Shown in pieces: positions 29,275 to 43,370 of a stretch of DNA of 64,000 nt (within the stretch, counting starts at the first letter, position 1; every line of letters starts with the position of its first letter). The DNA is from the human T2T-CHM13v2.0 reference genome, Homo sapiens. The notes below the pieces were generated by a model, which worked only from the letters and a program-made list of their open reading frames with translations, was not told the origin of the DNA and searched no databases. A program made the translations under genes and the position numbers. Location of the stretch: the NCBI RefSeq assembly GCF_009914755.1, contig NC_060941.1, one strand, 5' to 3'.

Positions 29275-30259
29275 AAATAGTTACCATTCCTGCACTTTTG
29301 CTCTGCCCCTTGCTGAGACTTGGGGAAAGGAAGTCAATGATTTGTTGTTAAAGGTCGGTTACTTTCCAGAGAGGTAGGCTACCTGAGTCGTGATAAGCCA
29401 GTGTCAAAGAACTCATCCAAAAATTGGATTAAAATCCTTAGCAGTACTTGGATGGAACAGAGGGGTGGAAACCACTGTGTTCTAGAAACGTAACACCCAA
29501 AATCAGAATGTAGGAGAATGTGGCTGCCTCAACTTGGGGCTGTTCTCTTGGTATGATGAGGGCCAAAATGTACTCATTTACAGAAATATGGCCAAATATT
29601 GCTTGCTTACGTCAATCCACATCTCTTTATAGCTAACTATTCTCAATCCCATTACAGAAATGGAAGCTAAGTTTAGCAAATTGTTTGGCCGTTTATGTTT
29701 AGTGCACAAAATTCTTAATTAACAAAGTAAAATGCCACAATCCATTGTAAATCACTTTGCTAAACTTTCAAACTTAATAAGGAATTTTGTCTTGTCCAAA
29801 AGCTACTTTCAAACCCCTGCTGATCTGGCACTCATGTCTGATTCCCTGTGGAGCTGAGTGAAAGAATGTAAAGGGAGCCAATTAAAGAAACTTTGAGCCA
29901 GAATAGACAAGCAGAGGCCATCTTGTCCATCCTTCTGCCTTCAGGCAAAAACCATCCACTGCAACACAAATTTTTGCTTGAATCCTGCTGACAAAAATGC
30001 TCACCACATGTAAATGACAAGTCATAATCCAGTTATTGCAACTAAAGCAGATTGTTAACTGCTCAAGACTTATTTATTGTGTTCTAAAGATGCTGAGTAT
30101 GAAAGCTCATCTGAATTGTCTTAATTCCCCCTTTCTAGAAAATTATTTTGTATAAGAAATGTGCTCAAATAATTGTAAAGATGAGGGAGGTTTGTGTCCA
30201 GGAAATAAAGTTATCTTTATCATCTTATTAAATATATTTTTGGTTTCCTTTCACTGTAG

Positions 30260-30317
30260 GTTTACCTTATGGGTGGGAGGAAGCTTACACAGCAGATGGA
30301 ATCAAGTACTTCATCAA
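30260..30317 (+). CDS. STXBP4: STXBP4 penultimate coding exon (58 nt, phase 1 to phase 2), N-terminal half of the WW domain
   Basis: Acceptor ttcctttcactgtag|G, donor AA|gtaagt. Reads (n)GT TTA CCT TAT GGG TGG GAG GAA GCT TAC ACA GCA GAT GGA ATC AAG TAC TTC ATC AA = LPYGWEEAYTADGIKYFI(N), a canonical WW start. It splices in frame to 48751. Confidence 0.96.
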
Positions 30318-30714
30318 GTAAGTACAAGCATCTCAACCAAGTAAGCAATTTTCTTCACATCTGGAGAGAACCTGGAAGTTGCAGAATAATCAGCAAAACT
30401 AAGAAACCTTCTTGGAGGTTACAAAAATTAGTAACAAGAAATGAAGCCTCACCATTTTCGTTTCATGTGATTTAAATGCTAATATCAGATATCATTTGGG
30501 GGAAAAAACCTGGTAATAATTTCTAGGGAAACATCAAAAAATTGGAACAGGATCATCATTTGAACTTAGGCTGGCTGCCTAAATTCACTTGCTGGCTAAT
30601 AGTATTAGTGTTTATGAAAAGTTAATACCTAGCAAAAAAATCCGTTTTGTATATCTTTGAAAGTTCTTAACAATAATGCTAATATCAACATTTTTTAATG
30701 CTTTAAAATGCACA

Positions 30715-31080
30715 CAGTTCATTCTGCAACTATTTTTTGAGCATTTGCTGTTTGCCAGGCAGTGTTCCACGCCCTGCAGATATAGTGGTGAAATATATAG
30801 ACTGGTTTCTTGATAGCATAGAATTTACATAATAGAGAGGAAAAACAGACAGTAGATAAATAACTTGAGATAAATAGGACAGTATATGAACAAACCTTAC
30901 CTCAGTGGATTCTCAGAACAACCTCTTGAGGTATGTATACCTTGTCATTTTTTCTGTTTTATAGATGAAGAAAATAAGAGTCTTGAGTAGTTACCAAAAA
31001 ATCTATCACTACTTAATTACCAAGTCAGAACTAGAGTCAAAGTCTTCTGACCGCAAGATTCTACTATCTGCACTAGACTG
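30715..31080 (-). mobile_element. L2 3' end followed by MIR
   Basis: tttttgagcatttgctgtttgccaggcagtgttc; ttctcagaacaacctcttgaggta..ttttatagatgaagaaa. Confidence 0.65.
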
Positions 31081-32952
31081 TCACTGATAAAGACCCATCC
31101 TTAAAGCCTGAACAGGAATACATTTCCTAGATGCTGAACTGGTTAGTTTTGCCCTGGACAGAGCACTGTGATATACTTCTACCGTTTCCTGAAAATTCCT
31201 TTTATGTCAGAATTGACATTTCGAGAGCACAAAGGGGAATCCCAACAGACTCCTAAGAGCCCAGGGGACTCCTTTGTGTATCCTTTTAGCAAAGTATACT
31301 TGGTATGCATTTTGGGAGGAAAAGGGAGACATGTCCTTGCTATCCCCTTTCAAATGTGCAAATATTTTACAAAGCAATATCCAGATTTTGGATTCTCATG
31401 CCCCGCAACTTTACACAGTTCCTACATCTCTGTTAACCTCAGCTTTCACATCATATACTGAGGGGAATATTACCTACTTTATAAAGTTGTTTAATCTTAA
31501 GTACCTAGCATAGAACTTGGAACACAGTAGATGCCCAATAAATAGCCATCATGAATTTACAATATGGAGAAACCATCGTGGAGGGGAAAAAAAACCTGAA
31601 CAATCATATGACCATTAAAAACATTGAGAATTCAAAAGCTTTGTATTTGAAAAAATTTAAGGAAAAACTAGAGATAAACCTGGCAAAGTGTTTTCATGCT
31701 GAATTTTTTTCTTGCAATCTCTAGCATGAAGTGATTAATCAGGCAAAGGTGTTGTTTATAACATTTGAAAGAAAATGAACTTTTGGCATAGAGGACCCAG
31801 GAATTCCATGTGCAGATTACATTTAGTGCCACACTCTTTACTTCCAGAATCAGACCTCTTCTGGAAGGGGCTCTCTAGCATGCAGGATTAATCATGTTTA
31901 GTTTCTGGAAGATTTGAATCACTGTACTGTAGGAATGGCAGGAAAATGAAAAAATGCATTCAAATCTGTGTTGCATTTCTTTCTTTCTCTCTTTTTGATA
32001 TTAACTTTATAAAGGAAAAGATGAGGGCATGAGCATTTACTGAGCACTAGCTTGTGCTTAATAGCCAGGAATATGCTAGGTGTATTTCTCTATGCATTAT
32101 ATCATTTAATGCTCTTAACAATGTGGAAAGTAGGTGTTGCTGGGCTCTTATTGGAATGGCATTATGATGGTAGTGAGCTGCATCTTGCCCTTAGCCATGC
32201 TTTCTCCTAGAAGGTTCCCCAAAGAAATGCATGATTAAAAGAAAGAAAATTAGCATTCATTATTAACTGGGGTTCTGCATTCAGGATCCTTTGAAATGTC
32301 AGTAAATGAGTCTGGATCCTGTGGGGAACTCCTTTACCTAAACCTAGCTGTCTGTCAGTATATCCTAACCCAGAGTTGAATGTCAGAATCTAACTAGTGC
32401 CTTAAGAGAAAAAAATACTAGGGGCACAGTTACCCAAAACAGAGAAAGCAGGAACAAGTGATGGTCAGCCAGAGAGTTGGTTTGTCTCCTTACCTGTTAC
32501 CCAGCTAGCTTAAGCCACTGTTCTTTGCAGCCTGGAACAATAGCCTTGGGCTGGTCTCCCACTATAAGGGAGAATAGAGTCCCAGAAGAGGAGATAAAAG
32601 GGAGTCAATAAGCCCTTTGGCTGCCCTGGGAACCAACTCAGTGTCTGTGGAAAGAACAGAGAGATGCTACATTTATCCTAACCCCATTGCTTTGCTCGGA
32701 AAATATACCCCCAAAGGGTGTGTTTTGGAAGTCCATCAATTTTTTGTTTCCTTGACCTTAGTCTTGACACATAAGGAAAACAGAAAAAGAGATGATAAAA
32801 TAAATGTATTCCCCAAAGGGCCATAGTAGATCTTATTGTCTTACCATTTCATTAGGAGAAACTGTTAAAAGAGGCTGTAGTCATCAAGGTCACACAGTAA
32901 TAAAATTGCAGAGCCAAGATTCAGATCCAGGGTTGTCTGGCCCCAAAGCCAC

Positions 32953-32955
<3 letters not shown>

Positions 32956-33004
<49 letters not shown>
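32956..33004. repeat. (CA)24 microsatellite
   Basis: Perfect CA run next to a MIR fragment. Confidence 0.98.
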
Positions 33005-33006
<2 letters not shown>

Positions 33007-33714
33007 CTCACCACCTCTGTATCCTCATGTTAATATAGTATGTTGACATGTGACAAGAAAGACACTTCAAACAGATCTTAATTTAGGAAGAGCTCTATAC
33101 TTTATCCATTTTAAAACAGCAGAATAGAAACTTGGTTGTAAGAATAAGAAGTTGTCTTCCAGAGATTAAAAAAGTCAAAGAGTAGAAATAGGAAAATCTA
33201 ACAATATGCCATTACTTCTTTTACCCAGCCTCATGAAGGAATGGGGTGTTTGGCATAAGTTAGTTTTTTTTTGTTGGAACTTAACCCTATTCAAGCACCA
33301 AGACTTATTTTAGTTAACTGTTCTTGATGAAAGTCTTACTTTAATATATGTTACACACTTCCCTGACTTCTTATACAGAGGCCAGTGAACAAAATCCTTA
33401 TGAACATCCATCATTATACACAATACAGTGAGTTCTACAGGGGATATTACGCTGTATAAGACACAGTAGAGACACAGCTGTCATCTCTTGCTTCTCTCAG
33501 TGTCCCTGTTCCTCTCCTCATGACCATTCTCTTTGCCCACTCTCCACAAGCCACCTTCTTCCCCAGTTTTGTACTTGAGGACAGGATGCCAGATAATGAG
33601 GCTAATTTGAACTGCTTGTAAATAGCCTTTGAATGTGGTTCTGCAGGAGTGCTTATGTAAGTCAAGTATGATACATAAGTTCTGTTGCAGGTGGATTTGA
33701 TTACAGGAAGGCCA

Positions 33715-33980
33715 TCTGGTATCAGGGAAAGAAGAGCATGGGCTTTGGACTTGGAGAAACTTTAATTAAAATGACACTGTCTACACAAAATAGCTAAATA
33801 AAATAGCTAAACCTTAGGCACATTTACTTAACCTCTCTGGGATTAATTTCTCCATTTATAAAAAGGAAAGTATATTAGCACTTCATAGGGTTCCTGTCCA
33901 GAATGAATGAGCTTGTGTATTTAAAGAGCCTATCATAGCACCTGGCCCAAAATAGACACTTTCAGCAAAGGTTAGCCCTC
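33715..33980 (+). mobile_element. MIR
   Basis: aagagcatgggctttggac...accttaggcacatttacttaacctctctg...agcacctggcc. Confidence 0.75.
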
Positions 33981-35189
33981 TTCACTCCCTCCCCTTGCTT
34001 TCACATTTTGGTGGGAGTTTCTTTATGGTTCTTAGCTGCATTCAACTAGGTGATGTTGTCAGATAAGTAAAGTTTGCATAAGCAGACATCTACTATATGT
34101 CTTTTTTGGAACTATTTCGTTTTGGTTTGTCATTTGTTTTTGTTTTGTTTTAATCTTCATTCTCTTACTACCCCAACAAAAAATTTTGAGTCTGTGTAGC
34201 CTGTGTTAGCTTTTGAGGTAAGAGTGATTCATTTACCATATAGATGATGCTTTGAAGGCAAGAAATAATAAGTAATGGACTCAGATCATTGCTCTCTCAC
34301 CTCTACTTAAGAATAGTGACTGAAATCACCCTCCCAGAACACCAGAAGAGATGATGGTCTATATACACATAATCTCTTCCTGAAATTGGCATCTGTCACT
34401 GCCTTCCCAGAAATTGAATTGTTACATCTGATGGAAGCCAAGCCTCTGGCAAGGGAATAACTGTCAGTGGTGTCCTAAGAATGTCCAGATGAACATAATC
34501 CTCATTGACTATCCCTGCCCATCCACATGTCCATCACACATATATTAATACTTTGTCATCTACTTAAATTCTGATGCAAGAGAAGAAAGCATTTTACCTA
34601 GGATGAACAAATTTGATCAGTGTTGGCATCGCTACAGCCAGTGTTTCATAGAATTAATAAACATATATCTCTGTGTGTGTGTATGTTTCTGTGTGTGTGT
34701 GTGTACCAATGTATATATGCATATATGCAGGTGAGCAGAGCTTGCTCACTTGCCTCATATATGTGTAAAAAAGAAAATACATTATTTATTAGTTTTAAAA
34801 AGTATTTGTGCATTCTAGGAAATTTTTTCTTATTTTCTCCTTAGAGAGAGAGTTGCAACATTCTTAAATTTAATAACAAACCATCCATGATCTTGAGAGT
34901 GCTATAATGAAATTAACTGATTAACTTGATCCATTTTTCTACCCAACTTCTTATCTTTTTCCCTTTGAAGTTGTATACTGTTACAGATTTATAGTAGTCT
35001 TTGGTATGATTCCACTTAAAAGTTCACATGCTTTATACATATGTTATATAATATAACAAAATTATTATGAGAGTTATCAAGTTTGTAGTAAAACTGAATT
35101 TATGACAAATTAGACATAGCTGCTAATTGCTTTTTTGTATCCTTTTATCTTTCTGTTGATTCAGATTTACTGTGATTATCATACTTATA

Positions 35190-36010
<821 letters not shown>

Positions 36011-36116
36011 AGCAGATGCCACTTCACAGTGTATGTAAAATATATGTTTCATATGACTTATATAAATAATACAAAATTGTCTCTGTCCATTACTTGCTTT
36101 GAATATTCAATTATAC

Positions 36117-36444
36117 CAGCAGTTCCCAACCTTTTTGGCACGAGGAACCCATTTTGTAGAAGATAATTTTTTCATGGACCAGGGGGTAGGGGGACGGTTT
36201 CAGGATGAAACTGTTCTACCTCAGTCATCAGGCATTAGATTCTCATAAGGAGCACGCAACCTCAATCCTTTGCATGTGCAGTTCACAATGGGGTTTGCAA
36301 TCCTAATGCCACCACTGATCTGACAAGAGGCAGAGCTCAGGCAGTAGTACTCGCTTGCCCGGAACTCACCTCCTGCTGTGCAGCTGAGCTCCTAACAGGT
36401 CATGTACCACTACGAGTCCATGGCCCGGGGGTTGAGGACCCCTG
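36117..36444 (+). mobile_element. MER1B (hAT-Charlie) with perfect 8-bp TSD
   Basis: Termini cagcagttcccaacc...ggttgaggacccctg; TSD aattatac at 36109-36116 and 36445-36452. Confidence 0.9.
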
Positions 36445-37487
36445 AATTATACTGTTGGTGATTTTTCAAATACATGTAATCACTTGCTTTTAAGTTACTT
36501 AAATTTGGCTTGTAATTCTCCATGCATTCATTTGGATTGATATGCCTTTATATCAGATCCTAAAATCTGATATATTGTTCCTCGTATTACAAATTCTATT
36601 CTTTATCACATAGGCAGTATTATTCTTAGAACATTACAAATGCGTATCAGTAGAACCTAGAAAGTCTATGTATTTGAATAAAACAAAAGTTTCTGTGTAG
36701 AACAGGGAAGGGAAATAGATTTTAACTCATGCCATCTCTGTCTGTTGATAATAGCTGTCTCAAGTATTATTTTGAGAAGAATTCTGAGGACATATTCAAC
36801 TTCACTGATGTATGCCTTGATCAACTGGAGATGTCTGCCATGGGTTTAGAGGGAGAAGTGGTGTGTAGGACACATGCCACATCTTTGCAATCTTTTTCTT
36901 CTAGAGTGTATTGCTAGCACATGACAGGAACTCTGCCATGATGAACAGTAATGATGCAACTATTAGGTTGGAATAACAAAATAAACAATGAGAACACCCC
37001 TACCCCAAATTTCTTACAAGATGTTCAGTATGTGAGAGCTTTGTTTTTATGACTCTACAGCATAACTAAGTTCTAATACGCATGGTTTCTCTCATTTCTC
37101 TCCAGTCAGAATTCATTAATGCCCTAAAATGATTGTCTATACTTGGGTTAAGACAGCCAGTTAGTTTGTTTGCAAGTAGGGAAGAATGGCTCATAATCTA
37201 TAAGTGAATAAATTTTATTGTTTGCCTATTGTATTAGTTAAAAGCTTCAGTTACATTGTGTCATCTCATTTATAAACAAAGGAAAACACAAAAGACAAGA
37301 ATTTTAAATTATCGTTTCTTAGGCCCTAACTTTATTTGCTAAGTAGAGCCTAGCTTAGGTAAATCTAATGCAATTAGAAATTAGGGAGATTGGAAAGGGG
37401 AAGATGGAAAGGAAGGAATGGTTTCTGAATTAGAAATTTAAAGGGTACTACTTTTAGCTTTTTCTAAATCCTTTACAATTATTTTAG

Positions 37488-37784
<297 letters not shown>

Positions 37785-38289
37785 TTATTTTGGCTTTTAG
37801 TGGACACTGTCTAACACCCTCCTTCTAAAGATCTCATTAATTTGGGGGCTTTGATTCATTTTCTGTGAATGAGGAAATGTCTACTGACAAATTAGTAAGA
37901 TCTAAGGCTCACTGGATGAGGTGTCAGGGCAATTTCTATGCAACTTCAGACTAGATAAGGAGAATATGTGTAGGCTCCTCACTCTCTTTTACATGTATAA
38001 GAATTCTGGGCATTTTATTCTTAATGAGGCTACAATGAAGAAACCAACAGAGGACTTAAAAGATGAAATATGGACCTTTTTAAATATTTTGCCCCCAAAT
38101 ACTTCTTAGCTATGAATGAGTTGTAAGGTATTGAAATTACTAGATTGCACTTTAAAGCTGTAACCATCCATGTGACAACTGGTTTGGAATATTCATTACC
38201 TAGCACAGGGCCTGGTATTTGTAGGGATGATAAATATTTATCGAATGAATATTGTTGTTGGCAGTCTGCGGAAGCAATTGATGGGGAAA

Positions 38290-38530
38290 AAAATAAGGGC
38301 TTTAGTATCAGACAGAGCTAGCTTCTAATGTTTATGCAACCACTTTTAAGTGTGACCTTGGTAGTGGTAAGTTATTTCAATACTCTCTACCCTCTATTCT
38401 TGTACAAAAACAAGGATAATAATTTCTATCTATCTCCCCAGATTGTTTTGAGAATTGAATGAAATTTGGGGTAAAAAGCACCTAGCAAAATACCTTGCAC
38501 ATAATGAGTGCTTAACAGCTGTTAGTTACC
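38290..38530 (+). mobile_element. MIR
   Basis: gtgtgaccttgg..aagttatttca...aagcacctagca..cacataatgagtgcttaa. Confidence 0.7.
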
Positions 38531-39122
38531 CCTCCCCTTCCTTATTTTATACTATTGCTATTTGCCAATGGAGGAGTTTAAAATGACAGTATTTACACAA
38601 CTGCAGATGGAAACCAGTAGCCAAAACCTACACCTGTGCCACTCTCTGGCCAGTCAAAAGCCCTGTGATAGGAGCAGAGACATTGCATTGATCATGAGCC
38701 TGAGACAGCTTGCTCAGGATTTTCTGTAAATACCTACAAAGATATGTAGGAATATGAAGTACTGTGTGAGAAATTGTCATGAAATGAAAGACCAGGCAGC
38801 TGGCTTGGGTTATTCAGAATGGCAAAGCCCACTAAAATAAAAAGAACATCCAGACCTAAATATTCAGCATCAAAGCCCCTTTTCCCCCTCATTTAACCAA
38901 TGACAGGTATAACACAGGCATGAGGCATGTTTTTTCACATTTCATTGAGATATTAAAATAAATTATTTGGGGTTTCATAAAGTACTTTGAAAACTCGTAA
39001 CCTTTCTGAGGGTTAATACTTCTATTTGAAAGGTGTATAATTGTCTTTGCTGCCAGGACCCTTTATTTAGATTTACTAACAAATACTTTTTGTCAAACTC
39101 TTTCCCTTCCAAATTTGGTTGC

Positions 39123-39496
39123 TGTATTAGTCTGCTAGGGCTGCCGTAACAAACCACCACAGACATGGCTTAAACAACAGAAATTTATTTTCTCACAGAA
39201 GTCCCAAGATCAGGGCGCCATCAGGGTTGGTTTCTGGTGAGACTCTCTTCCTGGCTTCTAGATGCCTACCTCTGGCTGTGTCCTCATCTGGCCTCTTCTC
39301 TTTGTACACAGAGAGAGAGATATCTCTGGTGTCTCTTCTTACAAAGACACCAGTTCCATCAGACCAGTGTCCTGCCAACCCTACAACCTCATCTAACCCT
39401 AATTATCTCCATGGAGATCCAGTCTCCAAATACAGCCACGCTGGGGTTTGGAGATTCAACATATGAATTTAGGAGGGACATAGTTCAGTCCATATA
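39123..39496 (-). mobile_element. MLT1A-type MaLR LTR
   Basis: tgtattagtctgctagggctgccgtaacaaa...caacatatgaatttaggagggacatagttcagtccata. Confidence 0.88.
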
Positions 39497-39711
39497 GTAG
39501 CTTCTCCCAAAAATTACATTTCATAAGGTCCCTAGCAACTTTTTTCTTCATTCTGTAGATTATATTCATTATAGTGTCATACATATATGTATTATTTTTC
39601 ATGCTAAACGTTTAGCAAGTTTTAGGCAAATTGCAAGAGTTGATCCCAATCGGTGCATTTTCCATTAGGCCCTAGTCTTAGGGGAAGAAGCAGCTTAAGG
39701 GAAGAAGAGAA

Positions 39712-40180
39712 GGGTAGGCAGAATAATGGCCCTCAAAAATGTTCACATCTTATTCCCCAGCACCTGTAAGTGTGAATATACTAGGTCACATGGTAAAGGA
39801 GCATTAAAGTTGCAGGTAGAATTAAGGTTGCTAATCAACTAACCTTAAAATAGGGAGCTAATTCTGGATTATCCAAATGGGTCCAATCACGTGACTCCTT
39901 AACAGTAGAAGAGGGAGGCAGAAAAAGAGAGTCAGAAAGAGATATGACAGTGGAAGCAGAATTTAGGATATGTTATGTTGCTGGCTTTGAATTTGGGAGC
40001 CATAAGCCAAGGAATGTGAGTGGCCTGGAAAAGCAAAGAAACAAATTCTCCTCTAGAGCCTCCAGAACAATAAGACCTGTGTGGGACTTCTGAATTACAC
40101 AACTATAAGATAGTAAATTTGTGTTGTTTTAGGCCATTAAATTTGTGGAAATTTGTTACTGCAGTAGCAAATGATTACAG
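39712..40180 (+). mobile_element. MLT1D-type MaLR LTR
   Basis: ggtaggcagaataatggccctcaaa..gaattaaggttgctaatcaact...aatttgttactgcagtagcaa. Confidence 0.85.
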
Positions 40181-41388
40181 GGAGTTAGAAGTAGAGTGGG
40201 GAGGGTAGTGGTCCCACTACTGTGTGACCTTGGATGGGGCTTTGATACTCTGAGCCTCAGTTTCATCAATTGTAAAAACTGTAGAGAAAAATAAGGTCTG
40301 TGAGATTTATATGAAAAGCAAATTGGGAAATTGGTATCAAAGAATGTTGTAAAGTACAAAATGCTTTCCTGATGTAAAGTCTTACCCAGCTGCCACATAC
40401 CTGAACATCTGTATCAAATGAATGATCTCAATATTAACAGGGCCAGAGGTCTTCTTTGATCATGCCTGCACTTTGTTACTTAGCACTGGTATTAAGCAGG
40501 TACCTCTGTGAAAATCTCCATCCCTCTGTTGGGTATCTGGTGCCTAGAAACATGGCTTTGGCTGCATTCTCATCATTTCAAAGACTAAAAATTCCAGTGT
40601 GGTAAAATCACTTCTACGGTTTAGGGACCGAAGGGAAGCGTGAGCTGTTAGCCAGGCCACTTACCATCATATTTATTTGTCTTTAGTAAAGTTTTATACT
40701 CTAATAGTTAAAACAAGATTTGCTTAGCTAAAAATAGTATTTGCTTGATGTAAATAATTTTAACAAAACCTGGGATTTGAGTAGGTTGACATATAACTCC
40801 AGCTGTATAGAAAATAAACTAGTCAAAATGGTCTGAATTATCACAGTGATTCAACTGTTACATACAACCAAATGTATGAGTAGACCTTTGGAAGTTACTT
40901 GGATATGAGAATATTGGTGAGAAGGACTAGTAGTGTTGGTTATTTGGTGACTTTGGAGCTATTTAAATCTTATTTTAATAATGATCAATTTATTTATGCA
41001 TATTTTCAATAATTTAGGACAGTACACTGGATTACCAAGTCGGAAGATTGTTTTGTCTGATCCTCCATTATAAGTAAGCTTGTCTACCACTTTTGAGTAT
41101 TTTTACCCAGTGATATGACAATAGTAATGTATCAGTGAAATGTATCCATGCATCAAATATTTATGGACCCCCCTTTCTGTGAGCCTGACACTGGGGCTAT
41201 AAAGATGAGTAGGACACTTCCCTACCCTCCAGAAACTAACAGCCTATTAGACAAAAATAGATATATGAAGAATTTGTTGCTACATGATGTAAAAAATATG
41301 ACTGCTGGCACAAAGCCTCTGACTCAGGCTTCATACAAGTACTTTTTATTCATGGTCATCCAGATAACAATTCTTATGCATTTCGTGG

Positions 41389-41767
41389 TATGTTAGTTTG
41401 TTTTCACACTGCTATAAAGATATCACCTGAGACTGGGTAATTTATAAACAAAGGAGCTTTAACTGACTCACAGTTCCACGTGGCTGGGGAGGCCTCCCGC
41501 AACTTACAATCATGGCAGAAGGGGAAGCAGGCACCTTCTTCACAAGGCAGCAGGAGTGAGAAGTGCAACCAGAGGAAATGCCAGACGCTTATTAAACCAT
41601 CTGATCTTGTAAGAACTCAGTATCACAAGAACAGCATGAAAGAAACTGTCCCCATCATCCAATCACCTCCCTCCCTTGATACTGGGGATTACAGGTCCCT
41701 CCCTTGACACATGGAGATTACAATTCAAGATGAGATTTGGGTGGGTACACAGAGCCAAACCATATCA
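41389..41767 (-). mobile_element. THE1-type MaLR solo LTR
   Basis: gttttcacactgctataaaga..ctgagactgggtaatttataa...gagatttgggtgggtacacagagccaaaccatatca. Confidence 0.9.
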
Positions 41768-42954
41768 TATGGCAAATACTTTAAAATATATATATAATAG
41801 CTTTAGACATATCATTTATAATCAATGAACTAGTCAATACATCTTTAATTAATTTTATCTTGTAAAGCTGAAGAACCCCTTTCAGATGGTCACTTAATCC
41901 ATTCCAGAGCCTCCCTATATATTGTTACTGACACCAACCCAGATAACAGAGCCTCAGCGAGGAGTTTAATATAATGGTTAAATTCTCAGAAGTCAGATTT
42001 GGGTCTAGATCCCGGCTCTAACATGCACTAGTTTCATGACCTGGAATAAGTTATTTCACCTTTCTTAGTATCAGGTTCCTCATACAGAAAATAAGAATAT
42101 AATTCTTTCTTGCCTTTAATTTATACTAAGGTCCTAAAAGACAGTTAATTCCATTTAGTCACAAGTCTAAGTTGGCACTATTAGAAACAATCAGTATTTA
42201 AAAGTTCATGAGAAAACTGTAGAGGTTGATGGCATGTTTTTATCCCATAATTTTCACCATAATTGAAGGCTTTTCTTTGTAACACTCACTGTCAAGTGGC
42301 TTTAGCATTTATACATGACGGAATCAATAATACTGACAAAATACTTCAAGACATTAGAGATGGTCTCATAAGGAGCCTCTCAAAGTCCCTTCCAACTTTG
42401 TGATTTTTACAAATCATTCTGTAGTATAATATATATGCTTATATTTAAAATTTGTAGTGTAGTCATTTTAACTCTGATAGATAAACATAACATTAGAATC
42501 ATATAAATTAGTTGAAAAATATGTTTTAAATTTTAGTTTTTTAAGGTTTTAAATTTGTTAATTAAGAAGAATGTTTAGTCAGATGTTTATTAAACTTCTT
42601 TTGTTGATTAAATTAAGTGAACACCTGTATGGCTTGTAATACAATTCTATTTTAATAAGAACACTAAAAATTAAAGTAGCTTCTACATTTTATGCACTTC
42701 TACTCGCAGGGGGAATTTAACGTGGAAACGTTGACAGTGGTCTTATGAACTTGTTTCCAGTTAAATTTAGTATTCGTTAATCTGTATTCTGACAGTCTTG
42801 ATTATTGATATTTAAAGTAGCATAAAAATATATAGCTATTACTTATTTTCTGTATTTTAGAAAGATAGGCTTTTAGTTTATAGAAGTTGTTCATATATTT
42901 ATTGAGAAAGTAGTAGTCATGGCTTCCTCTTGAAATATTCTCGTCTTGCTTGAC

Positions 42955-43370
42955 AGTGATCTAGAGTGACGCTATCTGAAATAACAAATCATCTGCTTTC
43001 AGTGACTTCATGCTCACAAATCAATGCAGGGATTCCTGGTTGATGGGTGTAGCTTTTCTTCAGGTAGTGATGTTGAGACCCAGGCTCCTCCCATCTCATG
43101 TCTCTGCCCTCCCTAATGGCCTCAGAGTCCTCTACATTCGGTTGGCGGATAATGAGTGAGAGTAGAGAAGGCACTCCAGCTTCTTAAAAACCCTGACCCA
43201 CAAAAGATAAACATCAATTCTGTTACCTTCTATTGACAGGAACTAATCACATGCTCACATAAAGATATGAGGAGAGCTGGGAAATGTAGTCTCTGCCTAG
43301 GCAGCTGCCACCTGGCAGCAACTCTATGGTATGGAATGGAGAACATAAATTTTTGGTGGACACTGCCAAC
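42955..43370 (-). mobile_element. Old MLT1 (J/K-like) LTR
   Basis: gacccaggctcctcccatct...gaactaatcacatg..gctgggaaatgtagtct...aaatttttggtggaca. Confidence 0.7.

Noticed and set aside
30269-30475. 68-aa ORF starting inside the WW exon
   Set aside because: It is in a different frame from STXBP4, crosses the donor into the intron, and has no recognisable homology.
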